Positions 51,800-64,000 of a stretch of DNA of 64,000 nt are shown piece after piece. A model generated the notes under the pieces. The model worked only from the letters and a program-made list of their open reading frames with translations, ran no database searches and was not told where the DNA came from. This stretch comes from the human T2T-CHM13v2.0 reference genome, Homo sapiens. Every line of letters begins with the position of its first letter. Positions within the stretch are counted from its first letter, which is position 1. Where the stretch lies: NCBI RefSeq assembly GCF_009914755.1, contig NC_060940.1. The stretch is one strand, 5' to 3'. The position numbers and the translations under genes were made by a program.

Positions 51800-52944
51800 T
51801 AGCAACAAGTGACAGAGAAGACTGAGGTGTACTGAACATATATAGAATTCTTTACCTAGTCCAGGCAACGTGATCTACACAGGTACACACACCCCCACAT
51901 ACATATACATGCATACACACACTTACAAATATAATGGATACATATCCATCCCAATCCACTCCTTAAAGATGAGAACACAGACCTTCATAGAGAACACTGA
52001 AACTACCATGCTCATGCAGCCAGTAGGAGGTGAGCTGAGTTCTATTCCAGAATCATCTGGTGCCAGTGTTTTTTGCAAGGCATACCTTCCAAAGATGGTG
52101 ACTGAGCAGGGTCAGGCTCTGATATTTGTTTATTCAATGTGTCTTTTCCTATTGTTTCTTATAAACAGAACCCCAGCAATGGACCAGTTATTTTCTGTTC
52201 AATTTGTCAGACTCCTTAGCACCTTGAATGCCCAATTGAGAGTTCTTGCCAATAAGGTGTAGGTAAAAATCCCTGTTGAGGGCTTCTTTCCCAATAAAAA
52301 TGAATGATTCCCCCGCTAAAGAAAATGTTATTCCTTCATCTTTTCCCCTTTTCCCCCTGATGCCTGGAGATCAAAAACTGTCTTGCAATTCTAAGGATGG
52401 GAGCCAGAGGCTGAGAATCATGGCGCAGAAAGATAGGAGGAGTCCTAGTACTTTATAACTTCCAAGAACATTTTTACCAGCTTTATAATGCTGATTTCCA
52501 GACTTGTTATATGAAGAAAATTTAGATTAGTCAGGTTTTCTAACTGATGCATTACCATAGGGATACGATCCAGATTCTTAACTGTGGCTGTTACTTATCA
52601 ATTCAGCTGCTTTATTTCCGACCACCGTTCTTGCTAAATCCAGCACCAGTCCCAGTACTTGCCACTATATTCTCCTCCTTCCATATTTTTTTTCTTTAAA
52701 CAGCTTTATCAACGTATGATGGACACACAATCCATAACTCCCCGAAGATTCCCCATGTTCCTTTGCAATCCCTCCCTCTGTTCCTTTCCACCCTCTCCTC
52801 CATTCTCAGCTAACTCCTGATTTGCTTTCTGTCACTATAAATGAGTTTTTATTTTCTAGGAATTTCTATAAATGGAGTACATATGGTCTTTTTTTTTTAG
52901 TCTTCTTTCCTTCAGCATAACAATTTTGAGAATCATTCATTTGT

Positions 52945-53441
52945 TTAATTTTAAATTTTCTTATAGATATATAATATTTGAACATATTTATAGGGTACAT
53001 GTGGTCTTTTGATGAAAGCGTACAATGTGTAATGATCAAATTTGGGCAGCTGGGATATCTGTAACCTCAAACATTTATTATTTCTTTGTGTTGGGAACAT
53101 TTCAAACCTATTCTTCTATCTATTTTGAAATATACAAGAATGTTAGCTATAATCAACCTATTGTGCTACTGAGCACTAGATCTTTTATCTAACTGTTTTT
53201 TGTACCCATTAAAAGACCTCACTTTATTCCTTCTCCCCTCTAGCCTTCCCAGACTCTGGTAACCACCATTCTATTCATTAATCCATGAGATGAATTTTTT
53301 CAGTTCCCACATTTGAGTGAGAACCAGTAATATTTGTCTATGTGTGCCTGGCTTATTTCATTTAACATAATATCCTCTAGTTCCATCCATGTTGTAGCAA
53401 ATGACAGAATTTTGTTACTTTTCATGCCTGAATAATATTCC

Positions 53442-53482
<41 letters not shown>

Positions 53483-54170
53483 CTCACATATTCTGTACCC
53501 GTTCATCTGTTGAACATTTTGATGCCATATCTTGGCTACTGTGAATAGTGCTGCAACAAACACGAAGGGTGCAGATATCTCCTCAGTATACTGACACCTT
53601 TTCATTTGGATAAATTCCTAGCAGTGTGAACACTGGATCATATAGTAGTTCAATTTTTAGTTTTTTGAGAAACTTCCATGCTATTTTCCATAGTGGCTGT
53701 ACTAATTTGTATTCCAAGAATAGTCTATGAGTGTTCTCTTTTTTTCTGTATCTTTGCCAGCATTTGTTATTCTCCGTCTTTTTTATAATAGCCGTTTTAA
53801 CTGGAGTGAGATGATATCTCATTGTGGGTTTGATTTGCATTTTCCTGATGATTAGTAACGTTGAACATTTTTTCATATACCTGTTGGCCATTTATATGTC
53901 TTCTTTTGAGAAATGTCTATTCAGATATTTGCCCATTTTTTATTCAGCTTATTATCATTTTTGCTGCTGAGTTTTTTGAGTTCTTTATATATTCTGGTTA
54001 TTAATACTTTGTCAGCTGAATAGTTTGAAAATATTTTTTCTTACTGTGTAGGTTGTTTCTTCACTTTGTTAATTGTTTCCTTTGCTATGCTAAAGCTTTT
54101 TAGGTTGATGCAATCCCATTTGCCAATTTTTGCTTTCGTTGCCTGTACCTTTAACTCCCTACTCAAGAAA
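52945..54170 (-). mobile_element. L1MA-type 3' segment
   Basis: ORFs 53300..53605 and 53583..53891 match the ORF2 C-terminus. Confidence 0.9.
53444..53479. repeat. (TG)18 microsatellite
   Basis: Read directly. Confidence 0.97.
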
Positions 54171-54900
54171 TATAAGTCCTACCCAGAGCAATTAGACAAG
54201 AGAAAGAAAGGGCATCTAATTTGGAAAGAAAGAAGTCAAATTGTCCTTGTTTATAGGCAATATAATCTTATATATAGCAAAACCTAAAGACTCCACTAAA
54301 AACTATTAGAACTAATGAACAAATACAGTAACATTGCAGGATAAAAAAATCAACATACAAAATCAGTAGGGTTTCTATCTGCCAACTGTGAACAACTTGA
54401 AAAAGAAAATAAGAAAGCAATCCCATTTATAATATCTAGAAAAAAATACCTAGGAATAAGCTTAGCCAAGGAAGTGAAAGATCTCTATAATAAAAAATAT
54501 AAAAGATTGATGAAAGAAATTGAAGAGAACATCAAAAAATGGAAAGATATCTTATGTTCATCGACTGAAAAAACTGATATTGCTAAAATGTCCATATTAC
54601 TCAAAGCAATATACAGATTCAATGCAATTTCTATTAAAATATCAATGACTTTCTTCACAGAAATAGAAAAACAATACTATAATTTCTATAGAACCACAAA
54701 AGACTCAGAATAGTCAAAGCAATCCTGAGTAAAAAGAACAAAGTGAGAGATATCACATCGACTTACAAAGTACGCTACAAAACTATAGTAACCAAAACAG
54801 CATGGTACTGGCATAAAAATAGACAGCCAGACCAATGGAACAGAATAGAGGATCCAGAAATAAATTCACACATTTACAATCAACCCATTTTTGACAAAGC
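54171..54900 (+). mobile_element. L1 ORF2 segment in opposite orientation (probable 5' inversion of the adjacent L1MA)
   Basis: ORFs 54474..54713 (KAIYRFNAISIKI) and 54743..54979 ([10 protein letters not shown]); abuts the minus segment directly. Confidence 0.85.
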
Positions 54901-55219
54901 TACTCCCTGTATTTTCATGATCCATCCCTTGCTTCATTTAAGTTCTGATTCTATGTCACCTTATAAAGTCATCACTTGATCATTTTATTTCAGTAGTCTC
55001 TACTACACTATACCCCTTACTCTACCTTTATTCTTCATTGAAGTTATCATTACAAAAATAATGTTATAAATGTATACATTTATTTATTGTTTATCTCTTC
55101 CACTAGAAGTCGAATTCTTTTTTGTCCAGAAACCCCTGGTACATAGTGGCTAACCAACAACTACTTGTTGTACCTGTAAGTGAATGTTCAACCCAATTCC
55201 ATATGCTTTGCATAGAAAG

Positions 55220-55440
55220 AATGTAGCAGAAAGTATTCTGAATAAAGAATACCTGATTGAAGTCTTTGCTTTGCCACTTACTGGCTGTGTGGCCATTAGC
55301 AAGTTACATTATCTCTCACTGCCTATTTTTTTTATCTGTAAAATAGAATAAATAATATTAAATTATCTCATGATTTGAAATTGTTAGATGAGTGCCTGGT
55401 ATATACTAACCCAGAAAATGATGACTATTATGATGATTAG
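55220..55440 (+). mobile_element. MIR SINE
   Basis: 'tttgccacttactggctgtgtggcc...atctgtaaaatag'. Confidence 0.7.
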
Positions 55441-55606
55441 AACCATTGTTATTATAACAATTATCATTTCTAAACATTTATTTTCTCAACAATCATATTA
55501 AGATAGTAATATGCTTTTTCCCCTCAAAAGTTATGGCAATCAAAAGAGGATATGTACATGTTGTTTCTATATTTTAAAATGCTGAACTATTATTAGGTGT
55601 CTTTAC

Positions 55607-56026
55607 TGCATTAGTTTCCCAGGGCTGCTATAACAAAGTGTGACAAACTGAATGGCTTAAACAGTAAAAATTTATTGTCTCACAGTTCTGGTGAGAAGGA
55701 GTCCCAAATTAAGGTGTCAGTAAAGTTGATTCCTTCTGAGGGTCAGAAGAGAATAATCTGTATCAGGTGTCTTTCCTTGGCTTATAGATGGCCATCTTTT
55801 CATTACGTCTCTTCATATCATTTTCCATCTGTGGGTGTCCATGTCAAAATTTCTCCTTTTTATAAGGACACTAATTATATTGGATTAGGTCCTATTTTAA
55901 TGACTTCATTTTAACATGATTACCTCTGTAAAGACCCTAGTTCCAAGTAAGACCATATACTGAGGTACTGCGGGTTAGGACTTCAACATGTAAATTTGAG
56001 GGCACTAGAAAATTCACCTCATAACA
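55607..56026 (-). mobile_element. MLT1B/C solo LTR (MaLR)
   Basis: TG...CA termini, 420 bp, 5-bp TSD tttac/tgtac. Confidence 0.85.
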
Positions 56027-56648
56027 TGTACCTACACTGAGGTACTTCTCACAAATAAAGTTCATTATCTTTAATTATATAAACTCTGTACTCAATAACT
56101 ATTTCATTTATTTTTTATGAATTTATACATGTATTGAACTCTATAGAGGAACTGGACCACAAAATACTGTTTCATTTAGAACCACGGAGGAGATCTGGAG
56201 CTTTCCAGTCCCTCAGTGTACCACCCCACAAAGCTTGAAAGACACCGATCTAACAGCATCAGATGATATAGATTGACTTGAAGATAAAGAGTGACTTGGC
56301 TACGGGAGTACTTGAGTGGTGGTGAAATGACTGAGCCTGTATCTCTACCCAGCTTCCCCTTCTATCTGCAGATGTCCCTGAGGAACAGAGGCAAAGATGC
56401 AGTGGGATCTTCTCTAAGTCATTCGTTAATGACAGTGAGAGAGAGACAGGTAACTCATTGTCAGGAATGACCCTAGATTCCAAAGCAACATTGGAAGGTC
56501 AGGTAGGTTTAGTGATGATCAACAGAAAACTGTTCTGAAAGATGAGAGGAGACATGAGGGGACTTAATAGGAGATGCCCATAGTTAGATCAGCACCCACT
56601 ATAATCTTCCACTTCTCCTCTGTCTCATCTCAACGTCTCATCAGTCAC

Positions 56649-57011
56649 TGTATTAGTCTGTTTTCATGCTGCTGATAAAGACATACCTGAGACATACCTG
56701 TAATTTACGAAGAAAAAGAGGTTTAATGGACTCCCTGTTCCACATGACTGGGGAGGCCTCACAGTCATGGCAGAAGGTGAAGGGCATGTCTTACATGGTG
56801 GCAGGCAAGACAGAATGAGAGCCAAGCAAAAGGGGTTTCCTTTTATGAAATTATTGGATCTCATGAGACTTACTACCATGAGAACCATATGTGGAAAACT
56901 GCCCTGATGATTCAATTATCATCTCCCACTGTGTCCCTCCCACAACACATGAGATTACGGGAGCTACAATCCAAGATGAGATTTGGGTGGGGACACAGTC
57001 AAACCATGTCA
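56649..57011 (-). mobile_element. THE1B/C solo LTR (MaLR)
   Basis: 'tgtattagtctgttttcatgctgctgataaagacatacc' ... 'gagatttgggtggggacacagtcaaaccatgtca'; perfect TSD gtcac. Confidence 0.95.
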
Positions 57012-57810
57012 GTCACTAATATGAGCCATGTCTGCCTTTTTAACCGATTTTCTTGGACCTCATCACCTCTTGTTTGGGTTATTCCAAGTGTGTCTTATTT
57101 AAAATTCCAAACTTCAATCATGCCAGTCTCTGGGTCTATTCAGGTATGTCACAGCCAGTGGAAATGTTTTAACACCAACTGGTTAAAGTCCACACTCCAC
57201 AGTCTTTTGCAATAATGTTTCAAATTCCCTTTTCAGTCTCATTCCTTTTTTTCACCTAAATAGCATTCTCTGTCTTGGCCAAGCTGACCTGTCCCTGTCT
57301 TCCACATGCATCTTGCACTTTTTGATGTCCTGTTATTCACTGATGCCACAACACCCACCACATTCCTTAGTTCTTCAAGGTCCAGATCTCAAGATGCTTC
57401 AAATATTTTCTCTCCTTTCTCTGAACACTAGCACTGATGTGATAGAAGCATGAGCTCGAACATAGACCAGATTCCATAAAATTTCTGGGATATTATATGC
57501 CAGACATTCATCTAATCTGGTATTTTCATCCATTGATTAATGAGTTGATTGATTGATTAAATATATGATATTTAGTGAGCATCTACTTGTGAAACACATG
57601 CTTAGGAACTGAGGATACAGAGGAAAACAAGACAAATTCACTGCCCTCAAGGCCCTATTGAAAATCATTTATCTGTTGCATGTTTGCCCACGTCCCCCAC
57701 AATTCTTGCACACAAATTAGCTAGAATGTAAAACATTTAGAGATGGAAATTCTTTCTTTGTGACTAGCCTATGAATTTTCTGAGAGCTAACCCATTATTA
57801 CTATTATTAA

Positions 57811-57833
57811 CATCATCATCATCATCATCATCA
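57811..57833. repeat. (CAT)7 microsatellite
   Basis: Read directly. Confidence 0.9.
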
Positions 57834-57834
57834 C

Positions 57835-58350
57835 CAATATTTACTGACCTATAACCACATGCCACATCCTATGCTTGATAAACTACTATGTACTTAACCT
57901 ATATTATGTCATGCAATCCTCACAATAATCCTAAATATTAGAATTATTACTTCTCCCATTTCACATATAAGGGAAATGAGTCACAAAGAATTTAAATTAC
58001 TTGCAAGAAGCTATGCAGATAGTAAGCAATGGATACAAGCTTCAGACTGAGGCAGTGTGAACTCCACGATGTAGAATTTAAGCAACAATATCTTTACTCC
58101 CCCATCGTGACATGGACCTAACACTGTGCAGACACACATTGAGTGTGTATTAGAGTGCTGACTCTTGCATCACACTTCTTGGGTTCAGTCACTGGATTTC
58201 TCACTTACCAGCTCTGTGACCTCTTTGGTCTTCAGGCTCCTCACCTGCAAAATTGAAATAATGATAGTAGCTTCCTCAGAGGGTTGTCAGAAGGATCAAA
58301 TTCCTGAATATACATAAATATTTAGAACAGCACCTGGCAAAAATTTACCA
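57835..58350. mobile_element. Two MIRs in opposite orientation (minus ~57835-58090, plus ~58140-58350)
   Basis: 'aatcctcacaataatcct...gggaaatgagtcacaaaga' and 'cttcaggctcctcacctgcaaaattg...tttagaacagcacctggca'. Confidence 0.75.
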
Positions 58351-60535
58351 TTACTTTGGTTGATAATTATAGGTACCATTAGAAAGGTTCAGAGCATATT
58401 TGCAAAGGAACAAACAAACATCTAGCCCAGTGCCTATGCACAGTTTGAACTTAGCAGCAATAAATAAATCTCCAGCCCAGTGCCCAGAGCACAGCAGGGT
58501 GTCCAGTAATTGTTTATTGATTGAACAACTGACTGTCAAAAGCCAAGGGACGGTGCTTGTGTGGAAACCTAGGATGAGTTTGCATCGTGCTCTGAACATT
58601 GATCTGACTCCACAGGGTGATGGGTCCCCAGCCAGGAAGAATCCAATTTCAATATTGTAAGTGGCACACACGTCCTCTAACCCATCTCCCTTCTGCCTTC
58701 CAGCTCCAGGCCTGGAAATGTACTCCCCTCTGCAACACAGCTGGCTGTGTCTGGACACCAGTGACACGCCACATTTAGTTTATCTGATGGCTCTCAAAGT
58801 TGCAATTATACCTCCTGAATAAAGAGGGTTATGAAATTAATTAAAGGATGCCAATCTCAAGCAGACTTGCAGAATTTCTGTCGCTGCTTAGGTGGAACAA
58901 TTCCAAGTGCATCTGCAGCTAGTGAGGCAAGAGGCCTTGCAGCCTGTCCCTCTCCCTCCAAGGGGCGTAACTTGCACTTCTCTTTCTCTAGAGAGAAGTG
59001 TCTCACGGCCCTTCTTCTGACCTTGAAAAACTGAGCCAAGGATTGTTGTTTCTATGCTTCACTAAAAGAGAAGCTGAGGCCACGGATGGCTCTGAAGCAG
59101 AAAGAGTTGAGATTTCCTTTCAGATCCGGGTTCTTTGTGGGGTAGGCAGAGGAGAGAAGGAAATGTCATCACATCATCATTTTCCAATTCTTCTTTCTTT
59201 TAGAGTCCTCATATTGCTTACTAACACATGAAATCCTTAAGGGCAGGGACCAGCTCAGAACCTTGCACAACTATAGCAATGACGAGTTGGTGTTTGGCTT
59301 GGTCCCAGGGCCTCCAAATGGTCAAATCCCTAGCCAGTTGCCCACTCTGCCATCGATTCAAAAAATGGATATGAGAAAGGAACTCCCCTAGCAAAATCCT
59401 TCATATTATTACTCTGAACATAATGACTTCTAGCCCTTAGATATGTACTCCTATCCAAAACCCATTAAAACACAGTATCTGGGAGTAGGACAGACATTTC
59501 TATTGTTGTTTCATTCTCATGATTCTGAAGGTCACTTGGAGTTGGAAAGCATTTATGTCAGGATTTTGTTCCAAAAGCTACTGCAAAATTTCAGCGAACT
59601 AGACATTACAAGTAGCTCTAAGAGTCAGGAAGCCTAGGTGGTTTAAAAAGGCTGAAGCCTCCAGCTTTAAACACAGTCAGGCAGTGACTCAGGCCCCTTA
59701 TCTGATATTCACAGATTATCTCAGCCCACAGGATTTACCACTCCAATGGTGAGGTTAGGGAAGAGTGTTTCTCCAAAGGACTGGAAAGGACTGTTTGAGC
59801 TACCTTTCTAGAGAGAGAAAATAGCTTCCATCAAGCAGAAGGAAGAACTAGGTCCCTCTCGTATTAACCACAAAAGGGAGGGAAATTTCAGAGTCAAAAC
59901 AGAGAAGAAAGAAAATCCTAAGAGTGCCCTCAGCTTGGGAATGCAGAGCTTAAACCTTGTCTCTAGGTCACACACTTTGTCCAGAGTTGTATCCTCACAC
60001 AGGGCTGGCTCGTAGTAAGTTCTCTTGAAAGCCGTGTTAGATAGATAAATAAAAGTCCTGCAAGTAAACATAGCTGTCTTCTGTCCCATTGCATCAAATC
60101 CCTATGCTGGTTCAGGGTTAATCTGAAGAGTCAAGTTACTCTCCGATACTACCTAAGCAAGAAGCATCTCGATCTCATACCTCAACCTCTCAACCTCTGT
60201 CTCATAAGAGAGGGAAAATGATACAGATAAAAGAACACAAATGGATTGTGGGGTCCAACCACTTTATGTATGACCTTGGGTGAATCACTTAGCTGTGCTA
60301 TTCCTCGGCTTCATTAGCTGCAGGTTGAGAATAATGGCATGTATCCCACGGTGCTATTGTGGGTGATTTTGCTGAGTTTTCTGCAGTGACTGCACACAAT
60401 AGATACTCTGTAAATGGCAGCAGTCAAGAGAGTATGTCTCTGGCTGGCTTTTGAGCCTTTGAGTGCAGGGGAGGGTTTTTGCTGGTGGGTTGGACATTTA
60501 TTAAGCTTTGATTGTCCCCAGGAGACCCTGGAGGG

Positions 60536-61247
<712 letters not shown>

Positions 61248-62524
61248 GAGGACTTTGGTGTCCAGAAATGGTCTTCTTTAGAATAGATGCGGATGCTTAA
61301 AAAAATAGAGTTAGAAAGATAAGGTGGGTTCAAGTCCCAAGTATGCCACTTTTTGGCTGTGTGACTTGAGAAATTCCCTTTGCCTTTCTTGGCCTCTGTT
61401 TCCCTATGTGCAGAAGTCAGGAGTCCAGTTAGATGATTTCTCATGCACCATCCAAGAGTTTATCATCCTATTCTCCTGTCAGTAGCATAGCTGGCAGACA
61501 CTTCAAGCTGGGAGGCCGATGGCTGAGGCCTATGCAGGGCTAGAGGACTGTATCTGGCATTGCAAGAAAAGGGAAACCAGAGAAGAAGTTAGAGTGTGGC
61601 AATAAAATGAACTAAAGTTATAAGACTGTGGGTGGTTTCAAAGTATTTCTAAATCTATTTTATAATTGCATTATAAACTTTGTATCTTGTTTTAAAATTA
61701 GAGGTAGGGAGGGGTAAGCACCACAATATCTAATGCTCAAGGGTGGGCTATGAGTAAGGGCAGATTCAGGGAAGGTGGAGGAGGGTTTTAGAGGGGCTTT
61801 GATGAGAAATGGAATTCAAGTGGAGCAATGGAAAAAGCATCACTGGTTTGGCCAGAATACAGGGACAATTCTGAACAATTCTGCCTTGCAGTGTTGGAGG
61901 CAGGCCTCACAGACACTGGCCTGTAAGAGGCTTCCACTGAAATTACTCTGTGACCTTAAATAAGCTACAATCCTTCTCTGAGGCTCAGATACCAAACTAG
62001 CACAATGAGGGGGGTTGGACTAAATCAGAGCCATTTTCTTCTTCCACAAAGCAGAAGAGATATATGTGTGTGACACAGTCCCACGGGTGCACCTACATTG
62101 TGGTGATGTTTTCCTCCCACCGAAGGCTTTCTCAGGGTCATTGGCCTATTCATGTTAGGATTGCTCTGTCTGCGGATTGACAGTGGAAGACAGCGATCGT
62201 GGGCAAGGCCTGTCTTTTTGCTACACTGCATTGCTTCCTGTTCTTACTAAATAAATCAAAATAAAAATAAATGAGATATCTATCATCTAACCATAACTTT
62301 GAATCTGTGATAATTTATAGAAGAGTAAATACATCAAAATCCATGGAATGTGCAACATCCACCCCAAGGCAATGGTTACGCACCAGGGTGGAGAAGCTCT
62401 GGGCAAGAGGATCTCTGAGGGTCTATCAAGCACCCAAGGACACTGTAGGGTGGATGTATCCCACCAGAGCATCTCATAGCCACTACACAGGGGTATTAGG
62501 GCATAACAGTCAAGGGGATCAAGG

Positions 62525-62720
62525 GGACAGGCCCTGGAGTCAGACTGGCTGGTAGTTCTATGAGTGTAACCTCTTCTGTGTCTTAATTTTCTCATCTGTA
62601 AAATGGGGATGATAACTAGGAATACTGTGAGGATAAAATGGAATAATGCATATAAAGCGCTTAGTACAGAGCTTCGTACATGTTAAGTGCACAATATGTG
62701 GTAAGTGTTAGTTAATGTCA
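62525..62720 (+). mobile_element. MIR SINE
   Basis: Core 'ttctcatctgtaaaatggggatgataa...aaagcgcttagtacag'. Confidence 0.85.
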
Positions 62721-62744
62721 TTCAGATCCTACACATTTCCTGTT

Positions 62745-62970
62745 ATTCATTCAACAAGGATTTACCCAGTGCCTCTGATGAGCCAAGTACTGCTTCGTAT
62801 TCTGAGCATGTAGCAAAGAACAAGATACAGTTTATGTCTCCCAGAGGTTTACCTTCCAGTGGAGAGAGAGAGGCTAAAAACAAGAAGACCAATTAATAAA
62901 TCAGATAAGTTTAGATGGCACAAGTGCTCTGATGAGATTAAAGTGCTATAGTGGAAATAAATCAGGTGAG
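62745..62970 (-). mobile_element. L2 LINE 3' end
   Basis: 'attcattcaacaaggatttacccagtgcctctgatgagccaagtactg'. Confidence 0.7.
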
Positions 62971-64000
62971 AGTCATGTTACATCAACTGGCTGTGAGGGG
63001 GCGACTCCATCTCCTCCCAGCCCTGTACCCAACCCAACCCTTTCCTCTCCTCTCTGCCTCTTCTCTCTGAACCCCTCTCCTGTTATATATTCCTGTAGTC
63101 CTGTGTTGGATAAGCTTTGATTCAGTTATTCAGGCATTAAACTTGATATCCATGTGTCCTCACTTGGATTGGAAGTTACAGTGTTAGACTTTCTTGTTGT
63201 TCCCTGATATATTTTTTACTCCTAGGACAGTGTTTGGTTTAGAGTAGATACTCAAAAAATATTTGTTGAATGTATGTGCCAAAAATTAAAGGCTTGAATA
63301 ATCTACTGCTTCTTCTGCTTCTTCACAGTGATAGGAGAAATGCTTGCCCAGCCTCCCTCAGTCTGTCCACCAAGAATTCACAGCCCTTTATCTTATACCA
63401 CATACTTTTGTGTTTTGCATTACATAATCAAACTAGAAGAGACCACTGAGCCTCTGAGAATCCAACATTGCCTTTATTGTTCGCCACATAAATTTGAGCA
63501 AGTCACCTAATCTCTCTAAACATCTGTTTTCTCGTCAATAAAATGGGAAGCTAATTCTGTGTCTTAGTGGGAATTGTCACATGTTTGATGTGAAAGAATG
63601 AATTGTAAATTCCTATCAAATGCATGACATTATTACCATGAAAGGCAATTAATGGCCAGAGGAAAATTCTGAATCCCTGAGCAAATGTTTGATAAGAATC
63701 ACCATATAGCCTCCTTCAGTCCCTGAAGCTCTCCTGTCTCCCTTATATCCTCTGAGGCGCACTCTTCTTTTTGTCCTTAGCCAAACGTTGTGCAGACTTC
63801 TTGGGTATGAAAAGAACATTCTGCCTAGAGCTATGATCAGATGACTGAAGTTTTCTGCAAATGAAAGAGCTGGAGTTTGAGGTATTTAGAAGCTCAGAAT
63901 AAACAGACTAATTGGAGAAATGAAATATCCATTAGTCTAAATGAATATTTCTATAAAGCTGCATGTTAGACATTGATAAAAAGAAACAATTAAATGCAAA

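Noticed and set aside
63305-63885. Pyrimidine-rich acceptors at ~63328 and ~63780
   Set aside because: No well-paired strong donors or recognisable coding sequence; such sites are common by chance

Overview
Human or great-ape genomic DNA: AT-rich, CpG-depleted and intronic/intergenic in character. It is dominated by transposable elements: 14 Alus (J, S and Y lineages), one essentially full-length but inactivated L1PA7-like LINE-1 (36440-42600), two 5'-truncated L1PA copies, many older L1M/L1PB fragments, MaLR LTRs (THE1, MLT1, MST), MER5, MIR and L2. I recognise no host protein-coding gene, RNA gene or CRISPR array. The long ORFs are Alu, L1 or tandem-repeat translations. I found no evidence of a new gene system. 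The most notable signals are records of local DNA copying: (i) two separate L1PA insertions 6.4 kb apart are ~97% identical over an internal tract and share a frameshifting deletion, suggesting ectopic gene conversion; (ii) a 137-bp inverted duplication abuts a truncated AluJ; (iii) a ~345-bp (CAGCATC)n/(CGCATC) tandem array has higher-order structure; (iv) there are several short templated insertions and tandem duplications; (v) one L1 has a twin-priming-type inversion. A few candidate exons are noted at low confidence. Subfamily calls were made by eye from remembered consensus diagnostics, and boundaries of old repeats are approximate.
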